From NCBI RefSeq assembly GCF_018977255.1, contig NW_024704742.1, positions 9,798,001 through 9,862,000 on the forward strand: a stretch of 64,000 nucleotides of DNA. Direction: 5' to 3'. Positions 1 to 14,094 of the stretch are shown here, piece by piece (within the stretch, counting starts at the first letter, position 1; each line of letters starts with the position of its first letter). Position numbers and translations under genes: made by a program. The stretch comes from Callorhinchus milii (lineage: Eukaryota). Under the pieces are notes generated by a model that did no database searches, was not told where the DNA came from, and saw only the letters and a program-made list of their open reading frames with translations.

Positions 1-475
1 GGATTGAGAGACCAATTTATTATTATTTTTTGTTGTCATCGAAGGAATTATTATCCTTATTCTTTTAAGAAAAAGATAAAAAGAAATTTCATTTCATGCA
101 ATGAAAAAGACTGAGCACGAGAGCATGAACACCATATTAAGGAACAAAGCAAATAATGTTCTTCATGAGGCCAGTGTGACGTGGAGAGACATGTATTACC
201 ACTGTTCATCCAATGAATAACCTATTATAAAAGAAACCGCAAAGCTAGGCATCCTAAACAGGTTGAATGAACATCCTCCCCCTCTCTCTCTGCCTGCCTG
301 CCTGTGAGGGACTGGAATGTAATTCACTGGGAGAGTCTCAGAGGTGCCATAATTTAACACTGTTTGATAATTGGTAATTACACAATAATTCAAAGGAGAC
401 TCACAATCTCACTCAGGCATGTCAAAAGGATAGCTAGTGGGAGAAGTGCTAATATCATGCAGGTTTCTGGCACGT

Positions 476-1160
476 GGAGTCCTGTAGCTCAGTGGTTGGA
501 GCACTCGTCTCACAAGCGAGTTCGATTCCCAGGTGGGGTGAAATGTTGGGCAAGTTTCCTTACTCCACACGCCTCTGTTTACCTAGTAGCAAGTAGGAAC
601 CCAGTTGTTAGTTGAGTGTCCTGTAGCTCAGTGGTTAGAGCACGCGAGAGACCTGAGTTCAATTCCAGGCAGAGGGCGAAACCTTGGGCAAGTTTCCTTA
701 CTTCACACGCCTAATAATAATCCCTCCAAAAAAACAAAACAATAATAAATTGGTCATTTTCAATCCATGACTGTTTGTGGGACATTGCTGTGCGCAATTG
801 GCTGCCGCGTTCGCCCACAAATATAGTCAATTCACTTTACAGTATATTCTGTGAAGCGCTTTGGGACGTCTAGAAAACATGAAAAGTGCTATATCAAATG
901 CAAGGATTATTATTATTATTATTATTGGCGGATCACTTTTCCGGGGGGAATAATTCCTTCAAAAAAATTTGATTACTTGAATACATGACTGTGTGTGCGA
1001 CACTGCTGTGCGCAATTGGCGCCATGTTTCGCCCAAAAAATATACGGCCACATTTTTTTGCAGTATATTCTGTTTATTGCAGTATATCCTGTGAAATGCT
1101 TTGAGACGAAGATGTGATAAGGCACGATATCAAATGAAAGGATTATTATTTATTATTATT
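476..1160 (+). mobile_element. tRNA-derived SINE (long form) containing a nested second SINE at ~615-925
   Basis: Head ggagtcctgtagctcagtgg occurs twice; outer body breaks at ttagttga and resumes ttggcggatcactttt after the inner (ATT)n tail. Confidence 0.85.
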
Positions 1161-1619
1161 GGTACTTTTCTGATATTGATGTTAATGTATCTTGTTGGAG
1201 CAGCGTAGAGGGAGCTTTACAACCAACTGTTCTGTGTCTGACTGCCGTGGGAACACTTGAGGGTGATACTCGGATGGTAAAAGTAAGAAAGTGAGCTGTT
1301 CTGCCTCACCTATGTGAAGACAAAATTAATCAAAAAAAATTAATTCATATCATTTTAACAACTTGCATCGGATTTATTCAGCAATAGCAGAATCTCAGTT
1401 TGTGCTGCTTTTACAACAACAACTTGCATTTATATAGTGTCCCTCACATAGGGCAGTGTCCCACTGTGCTTACATTGCATATTTGTCTCAAGAGGGGAAC
1501 TATTGGGGCAGATTATGTATTTTAATTAATAAATAAAGAAATACCCACTCAGAAATACAACAAAACTCACTCCGTAAGACTTTTGAAGTGAGAAAAGTCT
1601 CTCCTTGACAGCATCATTC

Positions 1620-1840
1620 AAAACAACAACAACTTGCATTTTTATAGCGTCCTTCATACTGGGTAGTATCCCGCAGAATTAAAGTTTGAGACTGAGTATT
1701 TTGGCACTGAGCTGGGGAGAAAGGAGAGGTGACCATAGGCACGCTCGAAAAGGAAAATCTCCAGAAGACTGACAAAAGAGGAGGCAAGGTGGAGGGATTG
1801 AGGTATGGAGTTCCAGAGGGTATGGGCACAGTAGCTGAAA
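1620..1840 (-). mobile_element. L2 LINE 3' fragment
   Basis: LWNSIPQSLHLA..F-like ORF2 end, tail ending aaatgcaagttgttgttg. Confidence 0.65.
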
Positions 1841-2394
1841 ATCACTTAATGTAATTCTCAAGTAAAGCAAAACTAGTTGTTTTTCTCTGCAGGGAGATAT
1901 TACACTACACACTGGGCGCTATATAAATACAGGCTTTTATTGTTGTTGTTTTCACTGGGTGATATTTCCATGGTTTCAGTCAAACAGGAATCTTCTTCTC
2001 CCACAGGTTCCTGCACTACGCCAGGAACAGGGCTTTGAGTTGAGCTTTAAATGCCATCCACAATATGACGAAAGGAGAAAGATGAGTACATTACGCTGCT
2101 TTTCTTTAAATTTAAATGTTCTCAAACCAAACACACCAGTAACTCAGCATTTACTCCGTAGAATGGGTGGATGACTCATGTGCAGCTCCAAAACCCGCAA
2201 CATTGAAGCGGCAAAGAAAAGCTCAGCAACCTGTAATCCAAACTGTCAGTTGTTATTTGTGTGATCAACTCTGAGAACTGCAGAAAGGTAGCAGAAAATA
2301 AACACGTCAAAGCCAGAACCGTTTTAGTAACTGGAACAGACAAAGTCCTCAAGGAAATAATAGGGAGCTCAAATGTGTCCTAGAACGTGTCAGC

Positions 2395-2945
2395 TTGAGA
2401 CTGTGTTCAGTTCTGGGCATCACACTTTAGGAAAGATGTGAAGGCAATGGAGAGGGTGCAAAGGAGATTTACCAGGATGGTACCAGGAATGAGGGACTTC
2501 AGTTATCAGGAGAGGCTAGAGAAGCTAGGATTATTCTCCTTGGAGCAGAGAAGGTTAAGAGGCGATTTACTAGAAGTTTTCAAAATGATGAGGGGATTCG
2601 ATATGGTGAACAAGGAGAAACTATTTCCACTGGCGGTTGGGTCGGTAACCCGAGGACACCGATTTAAAATAGTTGTTAAAAGAAACAGAGGGGAGATGAG
2701 GAGAATTCTTTTTACACAGAGAGTTATTTGGATAAGGAAAACATTGCCTGAAAGGGTAGTGGAAGCCGATTCAATAACAGCTTTTAAGAGAGAAGCAGAC
2801 AGTTATTTGGGGAGGACAAGTATTCAGTGCTATGGGGAGAGAGCGGGGGAGTGGGATTGAATTGGATAGCTCTTTTCAAAGAGCCGGCACCGACACGATG
2901 GGCCAAATGGCCTCCTTCTGTGCTGTACAATTCTATGATTCTATG
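2395..2945 (+). mobile_element. CR1 LINE 3' fragment
   Basis: ORF2 C-terminus [25 protein letters not shown]; 3' tail ttctatgattctatga. Confidence 0.9.
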
Positions 2946-3308
2946 AACTGTTCATTGTAAGCGAAACATGAGGCTGTAATTCTATTGTCGGATTCTACTG
3001 GTGAGTGCAGAACTTTCTGACTATCCCCAGTGATCACAATAAAGGACATCATCTGCACACCAATCCTCTAATTTTATTTATCAGTCAGTAAGTGTCTCAG
3101 CTGCAAGCAGAAATAAATACAGTAAGTGCTGCTTCACTTAAAACCTAAGTATACAAAATGATAACTCTTGCCTTTCTTTCCAAGTTTTTGCCCCTTTCTT
3201 TGCCTCTTCTCCTGAAATCAGTGACTCATGTTGAGGCTCAGCCCTTATATACCAGCAGCACCTCCAGGGTCTCATTCAAGTGACCATTCTTGATATATAA
3301 TAATATTG

Positions 3309-3670
3309 GAATACTGCAGCTCAGTGGTTAGAGCACTCACCTCATAAGCGAGAGGACATGGATTCGATTCCTGGCAGGGCAAAATGTTAGGCAAGTTTCC
3401 TTTACTCACACATTTCTGTAGGAACCTGGTTGCTAGTTGATTAGCAGATCACTTTTTCAGGGGGTAATAATTCCTTCAAAAAAAAAATAATAAATTGGTC
3501 AATTTAATCTACGACTGTTTGTGGGACACTGCTGTGTGCAATTGGCTGCCGTGTTTTGGCCACAAAATACACAGTCAATTCACTTTACAGTAAATACAGT
3601 GAAGCGCTTTGAGATGTCTCGAAGATGTGATAAGGTGCTTCATCAAATGCAAGGATTAGTATTATTATAG
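3309..3670 (+). mobile_element. tRNA-derived SINE (long form)
   Basis: A/B box head, gctgtgtgcaattggctgcc core, aaatgcaagg(att)n tail. Confidence 0.85.
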
Positions 3671-4849
3671 TAATCCTTACATTCCATATAGCCCCTTTCA
3701 CATCGAGAGGACATCTCAAAGCACTTCGCAGGATATAGTGTAAAGTGTAGTATCTATGTATTTTGTGGGCTGAATTGAAGAATTGTCCAAAATGTTATGC
3801 TCTCAGTTTATAAGACAAAGTCTGAGTCTAACTCTAAGCAAAATTTCTCCCACATAAGCGAGAATCAAATTCTTTTTTCCCTTTCCCTACTCCACGAGTC
3901 CAATTGTAAAACCTGGATCAAATGATCAGCCAATCAAGCACACACCGAGCCTGGGACATTCCTCGTACAGTTAGTTCAGCAGCGCTCAATTCAGTGCATT
4001 TTGCCCACAAAACGTACAGTCAATTCACTTTATATTATATTCTGTGAATCGCTCTGAGATGTCTTGAAGATGTGAAAAGGTGCTATATCAAATGCAAGGA
4101 TTATTATTATTATTGGGTCTGTGAGCCATCAGAGATTTCTACATTATTATTTCTATTGCAAAATAGCGTTTCCTTTTCCAAAAATACCCCATGAATTTCA
4201 GCTGATTACAATTCCTACCGTAATGCCCAAAATTTATGCACCATTCCCTTAAATTTTATGATGAGGAGGAATTTTATACTAGTGAAGTATTGGAAGTGAC
4301 ATTATTTTTTGTCCTTGTGATAGTGATATATGGTTTAAGAAGCAAAGTGTTTTTTTGCCTCATAGACAGTATTGCTAAGCCAGAACATCATGAATATTTC
4401 AGTTACGCAAATGAGTTAATTGGATTTAAAAAAAGGTCTTGAAATTAAAAGCAGAAGGTGATGATGAATGGGACGTCTCTGGGGAGGAAGGAAGCAAGCT
4501 CAATCACGAATGAAGCTCTGTTGGAATTTGTTCTGGGTACCCTGCTGTTAACACTATTCCAAAGCAACATGAAAAACAACAACAATTTGTACTTGCACAG
4601 AACTTTTCACATTGAGAGAATATAATAATAATATAATAATAATCCTTGCATTTGATATAGGGCCTTATCCCATGGTTGAGACATCTCATACCAGCGCTTC
4701 ACAGAATATATTGTAAAGACTGTATTTGTGGATGAAACTCAGCAGCTAATTGCGCACAGCGGTGCCCCACAAACAGTCGTAGATTGAACGTTACAGTGCG
4801 ATATCAAATGCAAGAATTATTATTGTTTTATGTCCCGCACCGAGCTCCA

Positions 4850-5297
4850 CGAGCCTATTACCCGCATCCTCACCTAACTCCACTGTCTTTTCATCACACA
4901 GAGGATACAGTTCAAGATTGTGGTCCTCAGCTTCAAAGCTCTCCATGGCCTTGCTCCCCCTACCTCTGCAACCTTCTAACCCTCTACCAAACTCCGGCCT
5001 GCTTCAGATTCCCAGTCTCGCTCGCCCCACCATTGGCTGGCAGGCTTTCTGCCACTCTGCCCCCATCCTCTGGAACTATATCCCGCAGTCCCTCCACCTC
5101 GCCCCTCCCTTGCCTCCTTCAGGACCGTTTCTAGACGCTCCTCTTCGACTGTGCCTTTGATCACCCTCCTTCACCCTTCCCCCTTCTCCCCTCCCTAAAT
5201 CCCGACCCCCAACTTGGGCCGAAACACTGATTGTCCTGCGCCTTGGGACGTCCTCCCGAGATGTAAGGCGCTATGTGAATGAAATTTTGTTGTTGTT
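4850..5297 (+). mobile_element. L2 LINE 3' fragment
   Basis: TIGWQAFCHSAPILWNYIP; tail gcgccttgggacgtcctccc..(gtt)n. Confidence 0.8.
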
Positions 5298-5507
5298 ATC
5301 GGAAAAGCAACTAGTCAGGGATAAATAATTCAGGATGTTAAGTTCATTTAGATCCATATGGATATTTTATGCTATTATAAAGAGGTTTTGCACAATTTAA
5401 CCTGAGGCAATTTCATCAATTGGGTAGAATATATGATAAGGCAGTCTGGTCACATTCTGTGATAGGAATGAGCTCAATTTCCTCCAATTTTCTAATTGTT
5501 TGTGTAT

Positions 5508-5960
5508 TAGCCTGGCTGGTTGGTTGCGCCCTTGCCCCTGAGTCAGAAGGTTGTTGGTTCAAGCCCCACATCAGGCCTTTGAACCCATATGGTCAAAGCT
5601 GACACTTCAATGCAGTGCTGGGGGTGTGCTGCATTGTTGGAGGTGCCGTCCTTTGGATAAGATATCAAACTTAGTTCTTATCTGCCTGTCAAGGAAGGTG
5701 GATATTAAAGATCCAACAGCAATATTCGAAAAAAGAAGGGAGTTTCTCCTGGTGTCCTGGCCAACAAACCCCCAAATAAAATTGGTCATTCACTTCATGG
5801 CTGTTTGTTGGTCATTTCTGTGTACAATTGGCTGCCTCATTCATCCACAAAATATACAGGCACTACACTTTACAATAAATCCTGTGAAGCATTTTGAAAC
5901 ATCTTAATGTCTTGATGGTATGGTAATGCATTATATCAAGTGAAAGGATGATTACTAATA
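5508..5960 (+). mobile_element. Older Deu-type SINE (different tRNA head)
   Basis: Head cctgagtcagaaggttg..ggttcaagcccc; body ggaggtgccgtcctttggat..aaagatcc..gggagtttctcctggtgtcctggccaac; same 3' end as the young SINE. Confidence 0.7.
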
Positions 5961-6591
5961 TTCCATGGTTTCTTCCCTTCAATGTATTGGCCTATTTAAC
6001 TGTTTTTGAGACACCCCCCTTTTAAGATGGACCCAGTTAACTTTCTCCAGCCTTACACTCCAGGATTTCTTTCCGCATATGCTTGTAAATGTTAAAGCAG
6101 CAAGGTCCCTTTTGGCAATTTGAAGCCGTTTTTTCTGAAGATTCTTTTAGGCATTACAGAAAACCTGCTACAAAGTTATAAGGCTGAATTCAACAGTTTG
6201 CCAAATTCAACATGGTCTGAAGAAAGCAGAGTAAATCACATAAAAGATCACACATGAGCGGTTTAGGTGAAGAAAGTCTGTCAGTCAAGTTGATTTCACC
6301 CTTCCAGAATTTCCACCCCCACCGTCCTTCCATCAAATGTAAGTTATATTGATATTATTATCATAACATCAAACTGTTTTTTAAAAGTGTCAACATCTTG
6401 ACCTCCACATCCTTCCTGGTAACCTGGTAAAGTTCCAACCATTGATTACCCTCTGAATAAAGAAATATTTTCTGGTCTTTGGTCTGAAATAGCCCTTTGC
6501 AACTTTCTGTTCTGAAATGGCCCTTTGGAACTGTTTGTTCCACTGTCTCAGTGCATCTGAAAGCATATAGTTGTGAATTTTCTTTTGCATC

Positions 6592-7612
6592 ACATTTTCT
6601 GACTGGAGGGAGGTACGTAGTGGTGTCCCTCAGGGGTTGGTATTGGGACCACTGCTCTTTCTGATCTATATTAATAATCTGGATCTGGATATAGGGAGCA
6701 AAATTTCCAAATTTGCAGATGACGCTAAGCTAGGAAAAGTAGTTAATGGTGAGGAGGATAGCACCAGACTCCAAGAGGACTTAGACAGATTGGTAAAATG
6801 AGTAGAAATGTGGCAGATGAGGTTTAATGTGGAGAAATGTGAAGTGTTGCATTTTGGTAGGAAGAATGAGGAGAGGTAATATAAGCTGATGGTACAATCT
6901 TACAGGGAGTGAAGGAACAGAGAGACCTGGGGGTTCATACAAGTAAATATCTGAAGATGGCAGGACAGGTAGATAAAGTTGTTAAAAAGCATACGGGATA
7001 CTAGGCTTTATAAATAGGGGCATAGAATACAAAAGTCAGGAGGTTATGTTGAACGCTGGTTAGGCCTCAGTTGGAGTACTGCGTTCAGTTCTGGGCACCG
7101 CACTTTAGGAAAGATGTTAGGGCATTGGAGAGGTGCAAAGGAGGTTTACCAGGATGGTACCAGGAATGAAGGACCTTAGTTATAAGGAGAGATTGGCGAA
7201 ACTAGGATTATTCTCCCTACAGCAGAGAAGATTAAGAGAGGATTTAATAGAGGTTTTCAAGATCATGAGAGGATTTGATAGGTTGAACCAAGAAAAGCTG
7301 TTTCCACTGACATGTGGGTCAGTAACCCGAGGACACATTTTTTTAAGATAGCTGTTAAAAACAGAGGGGAGGTTAGGAAATTTTTTTTCATCCAGCGAGT
7401 TGTTCACATCTGGAATGCATTACCTGAAAGGGTGGTGGAAGCCGATTCAATAACAACTTTTAAGCGAGAAATAGATAGGTATTTGGGGAGGACAAGATTG
7501 CAGGGCTATGGAGAGAAAACGGGCCAGTGGGATTGAGTTGGATTGCTCTTTTCAGAGCCGGCACAGACACAATGGGCCGAATGGCCTCTTTCTGTGCTGT
7601 ATGATTCTATGA
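6592..7612 (+). mobile_element. CR1 LINE, 5'-truncated, degenerate RT domain to 3' end
   Basis: Reads SGVPQGLVLGPLLFLIYIN..KFADDAKLG, then [10 protein letters not shown] with frameshifts; tail gattctatgat. Confidence 0.92.
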
Positions 7613-8249
7613 TTTGAAACATTACACGTGCTTTGATCCGCTTTGAGATACCTCCTTCCAAGATTGAAGAGTTTTAGCTTGTCTAATTGTTAAGCTCATT
7701 CCTCTAACACTCTCGACCTAAGTTGAAATTCTAGCCCTAAAATGGTTTACTTGCTAGGCTATGAAGTTAAACTGATACTATAAAGCCTCAAGTCACTTTA
7801 GAAATCAATGTACTGGGTCTTTTAATAAAAATGAAACAGAAGTTAATTTGTTCAACATGCCCTTCAATTTCACAGTGAACAGCTGAATATGCACTAACAC
7901 TTCAAACCCAATACAGATTGCTACTAATATTAAAGAAATGTCAATTACTAAATCGTAGTTTATTATTTATTTCATACACACTGTAACAATCCCATTGCAA
8001 GTGAAATATGTTTAGTATTGCAGTAGAATGAAATATGCTTCTAAAGTATGCCAAGTGCACTAGTCTGAAAACATCCTGCTTTGAATCTTATTGCAACCTG
8101 CTATAAACTTGCCATTAGTATTAAAAGCTAAGTTCCACAACTCCCTTAATATTTTTCAGCTTTTCCAAAAATTCAATTTCATCTTGGTGGCTGTAAAGTG
8201 ATGTAAATGCATATTTATGAACCTGCAGGTTTGACTGCCAAAAGTCACT

Positions 8250-8700
8250 GATTCTATCACCCCCACCCTCACCCGGCTCCAATGGCTCCCCATCCCCCAG
8301 AGTTCAAAATGCTCATCCTCGCCTTCAAGGCGCTCCCAGCCTTGCTCCTCCCTACTTCTGTGACCTGCTAACCCCTTATCATCTTGTCAGCTCCCTCCGC
8401 TCAACAGGCTCCAGCCTGCTCCATCCGGCCCGCCCCACCAGCAGTCTCACTGCCCCCACCCTTTGGAACTCCATTCCCACAGTCCGTTTGTCTCGCTCCC
8501 TCCCTTGCTTCCTTAAAGGCACGTATCAAGACCCTTCTCTTCGACCATGCCTTTGTTTTCCTTCCTACCCCTCCCCTCCCTTGCCCTCCTCCCCTCCTGA
8601 TCCCAACTCCCTGCTTGGGCCCAAATCCCTGATTGTCCAGCGCCTTGGGACATCCTCCCAAAATGAAAGCCCGTATACAAATGTAATTTGTTGCTGTTGT
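8250..8700 (+). mobile_element. L2 LINE 3' fragment
   Basis: ITPTL..LQWLP-like start, FKARIKTLLF-like end, (gtt)n tail. Confidence 0.8.
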
Positions 8701-9054
8701 AGAAGCTTATTTTCTTACAGCAAATAATATTTTACTGAATTGGTACAAAAAGTTTTAAGACCAAGTAAGTATTTATGGCTGAATAGCTACAAGGTTAGGA
8801 AGATTAAATCGAACGTCAGAACACTGTGGTAGATGGAAATACTAAATACCAAACTTGCGAAACCTTAGGCAAGTTTCCTTAATCCACACTCACGCCTCTG
8901 TTTACCTAGGAGTAAGTAAGATTCTGCTTTTTAGTCAGTCGATTAGTGGATTGCTTTTTAGGGGTAATAATGCCTCCAAAATAATAATAATGTGGTCACT
9001 TCAATCCATGATTGTTTGTGGGACACTGCTGTCTGCAATTGGCTGCCGCATTTC

Positions 9055-10200
9055 AACAACAACAACAAGATTACATTTGTATAGCGCCTTTCACATCGGG
9101 AGGACATCCCAAGGCACTGGACAGTGTACAGCATTTCAGACCTGAGCTGGGGTTGGGGGGGAAGGGAGGGGAGGGAAAGGGGGGTGGCCGATGGCATGGT
9201 CGAAGAGGAGGGTCTTGAGGTGGGACTTGAAGGAGGCTAAGGAGGGGACGAGGTGGAGAGACTGGGGGATGGAATTCCAGAGTTTGGGGGCAGAGTGGCT
9301 GAAGGCTCTCCCGCCAATGGTAAAAGCATGAACAAGAGTTTCAGCGGCCTAAGAGGTGAGGTAGCGGCGGAGTCGGGTGATGTTATGGAGGTGAGGGAAG
9401 GCAGAGCGGGTCATGGTTTGAATGTGGGAGAAAAGACAGTTGAGGGTTGAACAAGACACCGAGGTTCCTGACTGATTTGGTGAGTTGAAGTGTGCAACCA
9501 TGGAGGTTGATGCTGCCAGAGCCTGAGGTGCAGAAGCGCTGGTGCGAGCCAATCAGGAGGGCCTCAATCTTGTTCACATTCAACTGTAGGAAATTTGCCC
9601 TCATCCAGGACTTGATGTCCGACAGACAGTCTGTCAGGACAGCAGTGGTCCTGGAGTTGAGGGTGGAGGCAGAAAGATAGAGTTGGGTGTCATCCGCATA
9701 CATGTGGAAGTTGACCCCATGTCTGCGGATGATGTTCACCAAGGGGGAGCACGTAGATACTAAAGAGGAGAGGGCCAAGGACAGAACCCTGGGGCATATC
9801 AGACGTGACAGTGTGGGGGCTGGAGGAGAAACCGTTAGAGGCAACGAAGTGGAGACGGTGAGAGAGATAGGAATCGAACCAGGCAAGGGCAGGTCCATGA
9901 AGATTGAGTAAAGAGGAGAGGCGGTGTATGAGGATGGAGTGGTCAACAGTGTCGAAGGCGGCAGAGAGGTCGAGGAGGACAAGGAGGCAGAGGGAGCCCT
10001 GATCACAGATGTGATGTTCAGAATGTCATTAGTGACTTTGACCAGGGCTGCTTCTGTGCTGTGGGCAGCACGGAAGCCGGATTGGAGGGAATGGCGAGAG
10101 AGAAAGGAGCGGAGCTGGGACACGACGGCTCATTCCAGGACCTTGGAGAGGAATGGGAGGTTAGAGATGGGGTGGAAGTTGGAGAGGAGGGATGGATCCA
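9055..10200 (-). mobile_element. L2 LINE fragment with RT core (internally deleted), nested in a SINE spanning ~8855-10327
   Basis: QSGFRAAHSTEAALVKVTND, HMYADDTQLY, FLQLNVNKIE; (gtt)n tail at 9055; SINE halves on both sides. Confidence 0.9.
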
Positions 10201-11164
10201 GGGAAAATGTTTTCAGGAGTTTCGCCCACAAAATACACAGTCAATTCACTTTGCAGTATAATCTGTGAAGCGCTTTAAGATGTCTCAACCCTGTGATAAT
10301 GTGTTGTATTATTATTATTATTATTATACAGGAATTCTTCAACAAGGAATCAGTTACACAAATGGAGTAAGCGATAGGACATTACTGTAATCTTACAGTA
10401 ACTTGAGTCAACTTACGGTAATCGGAGTCGGGCCAACGGATGAGAATGCCTCTACTACACATTCAATTTCCATGGGTCAGTGGATTTTCTAATGGGATTC
10501 CACATTAAGCAATCAATCCTATGTCTTGGACCTCATTAACGTCAGTGAGTTTCAAAATCAGTTGATAAATGAACCTTCACTGACGAGCGGGTCATTCATT
10601 CTGTTTCATGGTTTATAAATTTGTTAATCTGTACAACTCTAAATGCTCAGCTTGTATTTGGCAGCACTGTTTAACTATCTAACTTTGACACATGGAGGAG
10701 GCTGCAGGAACCATTTAATTTATTGCATGTTGTCAGCGCTGATACATAAAGAGGAAGTATACACGGCAGAATTCTCACATCTGAACATCAGAGAGGCTGA
10801 CATTTGTATGTTGTCATCTCCCTGTCACCTGTGGTTTAAGCCTGAGGGTAATTATTTGGCTAGAGGCAGTTTATGAAGAGTAAAATACGATACAAAATTA
10901 CTTTTGTAAAGCACCTTTCACATTGGGAGGACGTCCTAAGGTGCTGGACAGTCAGGGATTAGGGAGCTGGGATCAGGAAGGGTGGAAGGCAGGAAGGGTA
11001 GGAGAGTGGCCGAAGGTACTAAGTAGTAATTAGTAACCACGAGATCCTAACTTTCACCCCAGTGATCTGACAAGAAATCTACTCTCAATCCCTCAACAAG
11101 AATCATAATGCTGACCAGCATCTTCTTTAAATTAAGTGTTTTCTTTAGCTGATACATTAAGACA

Positions 11165-11515
11165 TGGAGTCCTATAGCTCAGCAGGTAGAGCATTTGTCT
11201 TGCAAGCAAGAGGACCTAAGTTCGATTCCCAGCAGGGCGAAATGTTGAGCATGCTTTCTTACTTCACACACCTCTGTTTACCTAGCTGTAAGTAGGAACC
11301 TGGTTGATAGACGATTGGCAGATCGCTTTACTGAGATAATAACCCCTTAAAAAAAATACTTTATCGATGACTGGGTTTGTGGGACGCTGCTGTGCGCAAT
11401 TGGCTGCCGTATTTCGCCCACAAGACATACAGGCAATTCACTTTACAGTATATTCTGTGAAGCGCTTTGCAACGTATATCAAATTCAAGAATTATTATTA
11501 TTATTTATTTATTAT
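11165..11515 (+). mobile_element. tRNA-derived SINE (long form)
   Basis: Head, core and (att)n tail. Confidence 0.85.
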
Positions 11516-11749
11516 GTAGACATTTCTCCGGTAATTGTGGCTTTCAGTTTGCAACTGAAATTCGAGACCAGATTTGTCGCAACAATTTGCAAAAAACGTA
11601 ATCCCAAAAATCACTAAACCCCTGTTTGCAGCTGAGTCTATGCTTTTTACCATGTTGTTGGTCTTCGAATGCCCTTTTCTCAGCTTGACTGCTAAAGATA
11701 ATGCTAAACTTATACAAACCGTTAATTAGACCTCAGAATATTTTGCTAG

Positions 11750-12740
11750 GTTTCTGTACCCCACTTTAGGAAAGACTTGAAAAGGAAAAATTTGCAAAGA
11801 TATGGGGAAAGAGCAGGGAGTGGGACTGATTGGGTAGCCAGCACAGACATGATGGGCTGAATGGCTTCCTTCTGTGCAGTAATATTCTATAATTCTATGA
11901 TATGACTTCAAGGCAATATAGCGGTGCAGAGGAGACTTATTCAATGATACCAGGATGCATGGTTTGAGACTGGAGGAACTGGGACATTTTTCATTGGAAC
12001 AAAGAAGATTGAAGAGTGATCTGATATAGGTCTTTAAAATTCTGAGGGATTTTGAGCCCATAGAGAGAAATTATTCTCACTGGTTGGTGAGTCAGTAACT
12101 AGAGAGCATCAAGTTAAGATAGCAGATAAGCAAATTGAGAGATTAGGAGAAAAAATGTTCATACACAAAGTTGTTAAGATATGGAATGACTGCCTGGAGC
12201 AGTGGATGAGCAGAATTCATATTAGCTTTAAAATGGAACTAGATAAATATGTAAAAAGGAGTCAGCTCCAGGGGTATGGGGCAAGGGTAGATAAATGTGG
12301 AGTCCTGTAGCTCAGTCGTTAGAGCATTCGCCTCGCAAGCAAGAGACCTGGGTTCTATTCCCGGCAGGGTGAAATGTTGGGCAAATTCCCTTACTCCACA
12401 CGCCTCTGTTTACCCAGCAGTAAATAGGAAACTGGTTGTCAGTCGATTGGCAGATCACTTTTTCAGGGATAATAATCCCTCAAAAAAAACAATGATAATT
12501 TGGTCACTCAATCCACGACTGTTTGTGGGACACTGCTGTGCGCAATTGACTGCTGCGTTTCACCCACAAATATACAGTCAATTCACTTTGCAGTATATTC
12601 TGTGAAGCACGTTGAGACGTCTAGAAAACTATGACAAATGCAATAATTATTATTATTATTAAATGGCACTGAAAGAGCCAGCACAAACAGTACGGGCCAA
12701 ATGGCCTTCTTTTGAGCTGTAAACTTCTACGGTTGTATGA
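11750..12740 (+). mobile_element. Degenerate CR1 3' fragments with SINE inserted at ~12297-12660
   Basis: CR1-like ORF2 end and 3' UTR; SINE flanked by taaatg on both sides. Confidence 0.75.
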
Positions 12741-13399
12741 CAACAACCAGAAAGTTCACAAACCAAAAGTCGCAATTAGTAAAGCAATTTCCTGATTAAG
12801 GATAACTCATTTCCTATCCAATTGTGATTCACTGGGCAGCATATCAATCCTAGTTTACCTGGTTTACACTGCCTGCATTAGCCATGATCTCTGTAACTGA
12901 GGCACTTGTTATATGTATCACAGTAAGTACAGAAACATTACTAACTCTGACATAGGCCTGCATAGATCTGTAAACTGGACTTTGTATCTTTTCCTCCCTC
13001 CCTCTGTATGTTCGTAGGCTCTGGATGGACCTTACCCCATGTGCAGGGAACTATATAAATGCAAATTGTTGTTGATGATGACAAGTGTAACTCCTGCATA
13101 ACCAATCTACTGCCGTGGACAACCATTGCTGCTTTCCTACTGTTAAACACACATAAAAATAGAGCATCTCAGGCACAGATTTTTCTCTTAAAGTTATCTC
13201 AAAGCTTCAGAAATACAAAAACCAAATTCTGTTCATTTCCCAAAAGGTAAAAGAAAAGGTAATATTCAAGCACCAGGTCATACAGATAGACATTTTGTTT
13301 TAGCTGTCGTAAATTGGCTGCACTTTTCCTGATGATTTTAATAATCCATGAATTTGATATTAAGCTTATTATTTCAAACTGCTTGGGCAATTGCTCTCC

Positions 13400-13730
13400 A
13401 GTGTAGTGATTGTGTATTTGTAGGTGAACATGGCAGCCAATTTGTGTAAACAGCTCTGAAGTGAATGTCCAATTACCTGAAGAATTGCTAGTCTACAAAC
13501 TGGTCGAAACTCCCTTCTCCTTTTTGAATCGTGTCATGGGATCTTTAATGTCTACCAGAAAGGGCAAGGTAGGACCTTGATTTAACATCTCATCCACAGG
13601 ACCACACCTCACCAAAATGCAAATTCCCCCAATACTGCACCAAAGTGTCAGTCTAGACTGGTGACCCTTTCTTGAGGTTTGAACCAACAACCTCTGACCT
13701 GGAGATGAGATTGCTACCAGGCTGACACCA
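13400..13730 (-). mobile_element. Older Deu-type SINE, degenerate
   Basis: Reverse complement of aaagatcccatg and head ggttgttggttcaa. Confidence 0.6.
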
Positions 13731-14094
13731 TGATTGAATGCTTTTTCATAGCGTGAGATGTACATGAACATCAAAAGGGTCCTCTTATCTGAAATATTGC
13801 AATTTTATGAACAACCAAACATCATTTGAATATTCGAGTGAATGTTGAGAGAATAGCCAGAACATTCATCGCAAAGTGAAAGGAAGCAGAGACAGTAAGT
13901 GAATTGGATGGGCTCCAGGAAGTGAATGTCATAAGTGTCGGCAAGAGAAATGCAAACTCAGCCATTAATAATCCAGACTGTAAATAAATCCCTGGACTGA
14001 GGGAGCATCTGAGAAATAAGTGAGTTCTGGGTAAAGAAAGGATACACAAACTGAACGTCTTTTACAATTGATTAGGATGGTAAAATGTACATGT

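Noticed and set aside
9383..10123. 246-aa ORF with YADD motif as a functional reverse transcriptase
   Set aside because: Frameshifted, 5'-truncated and internally deleted L2 ORF2
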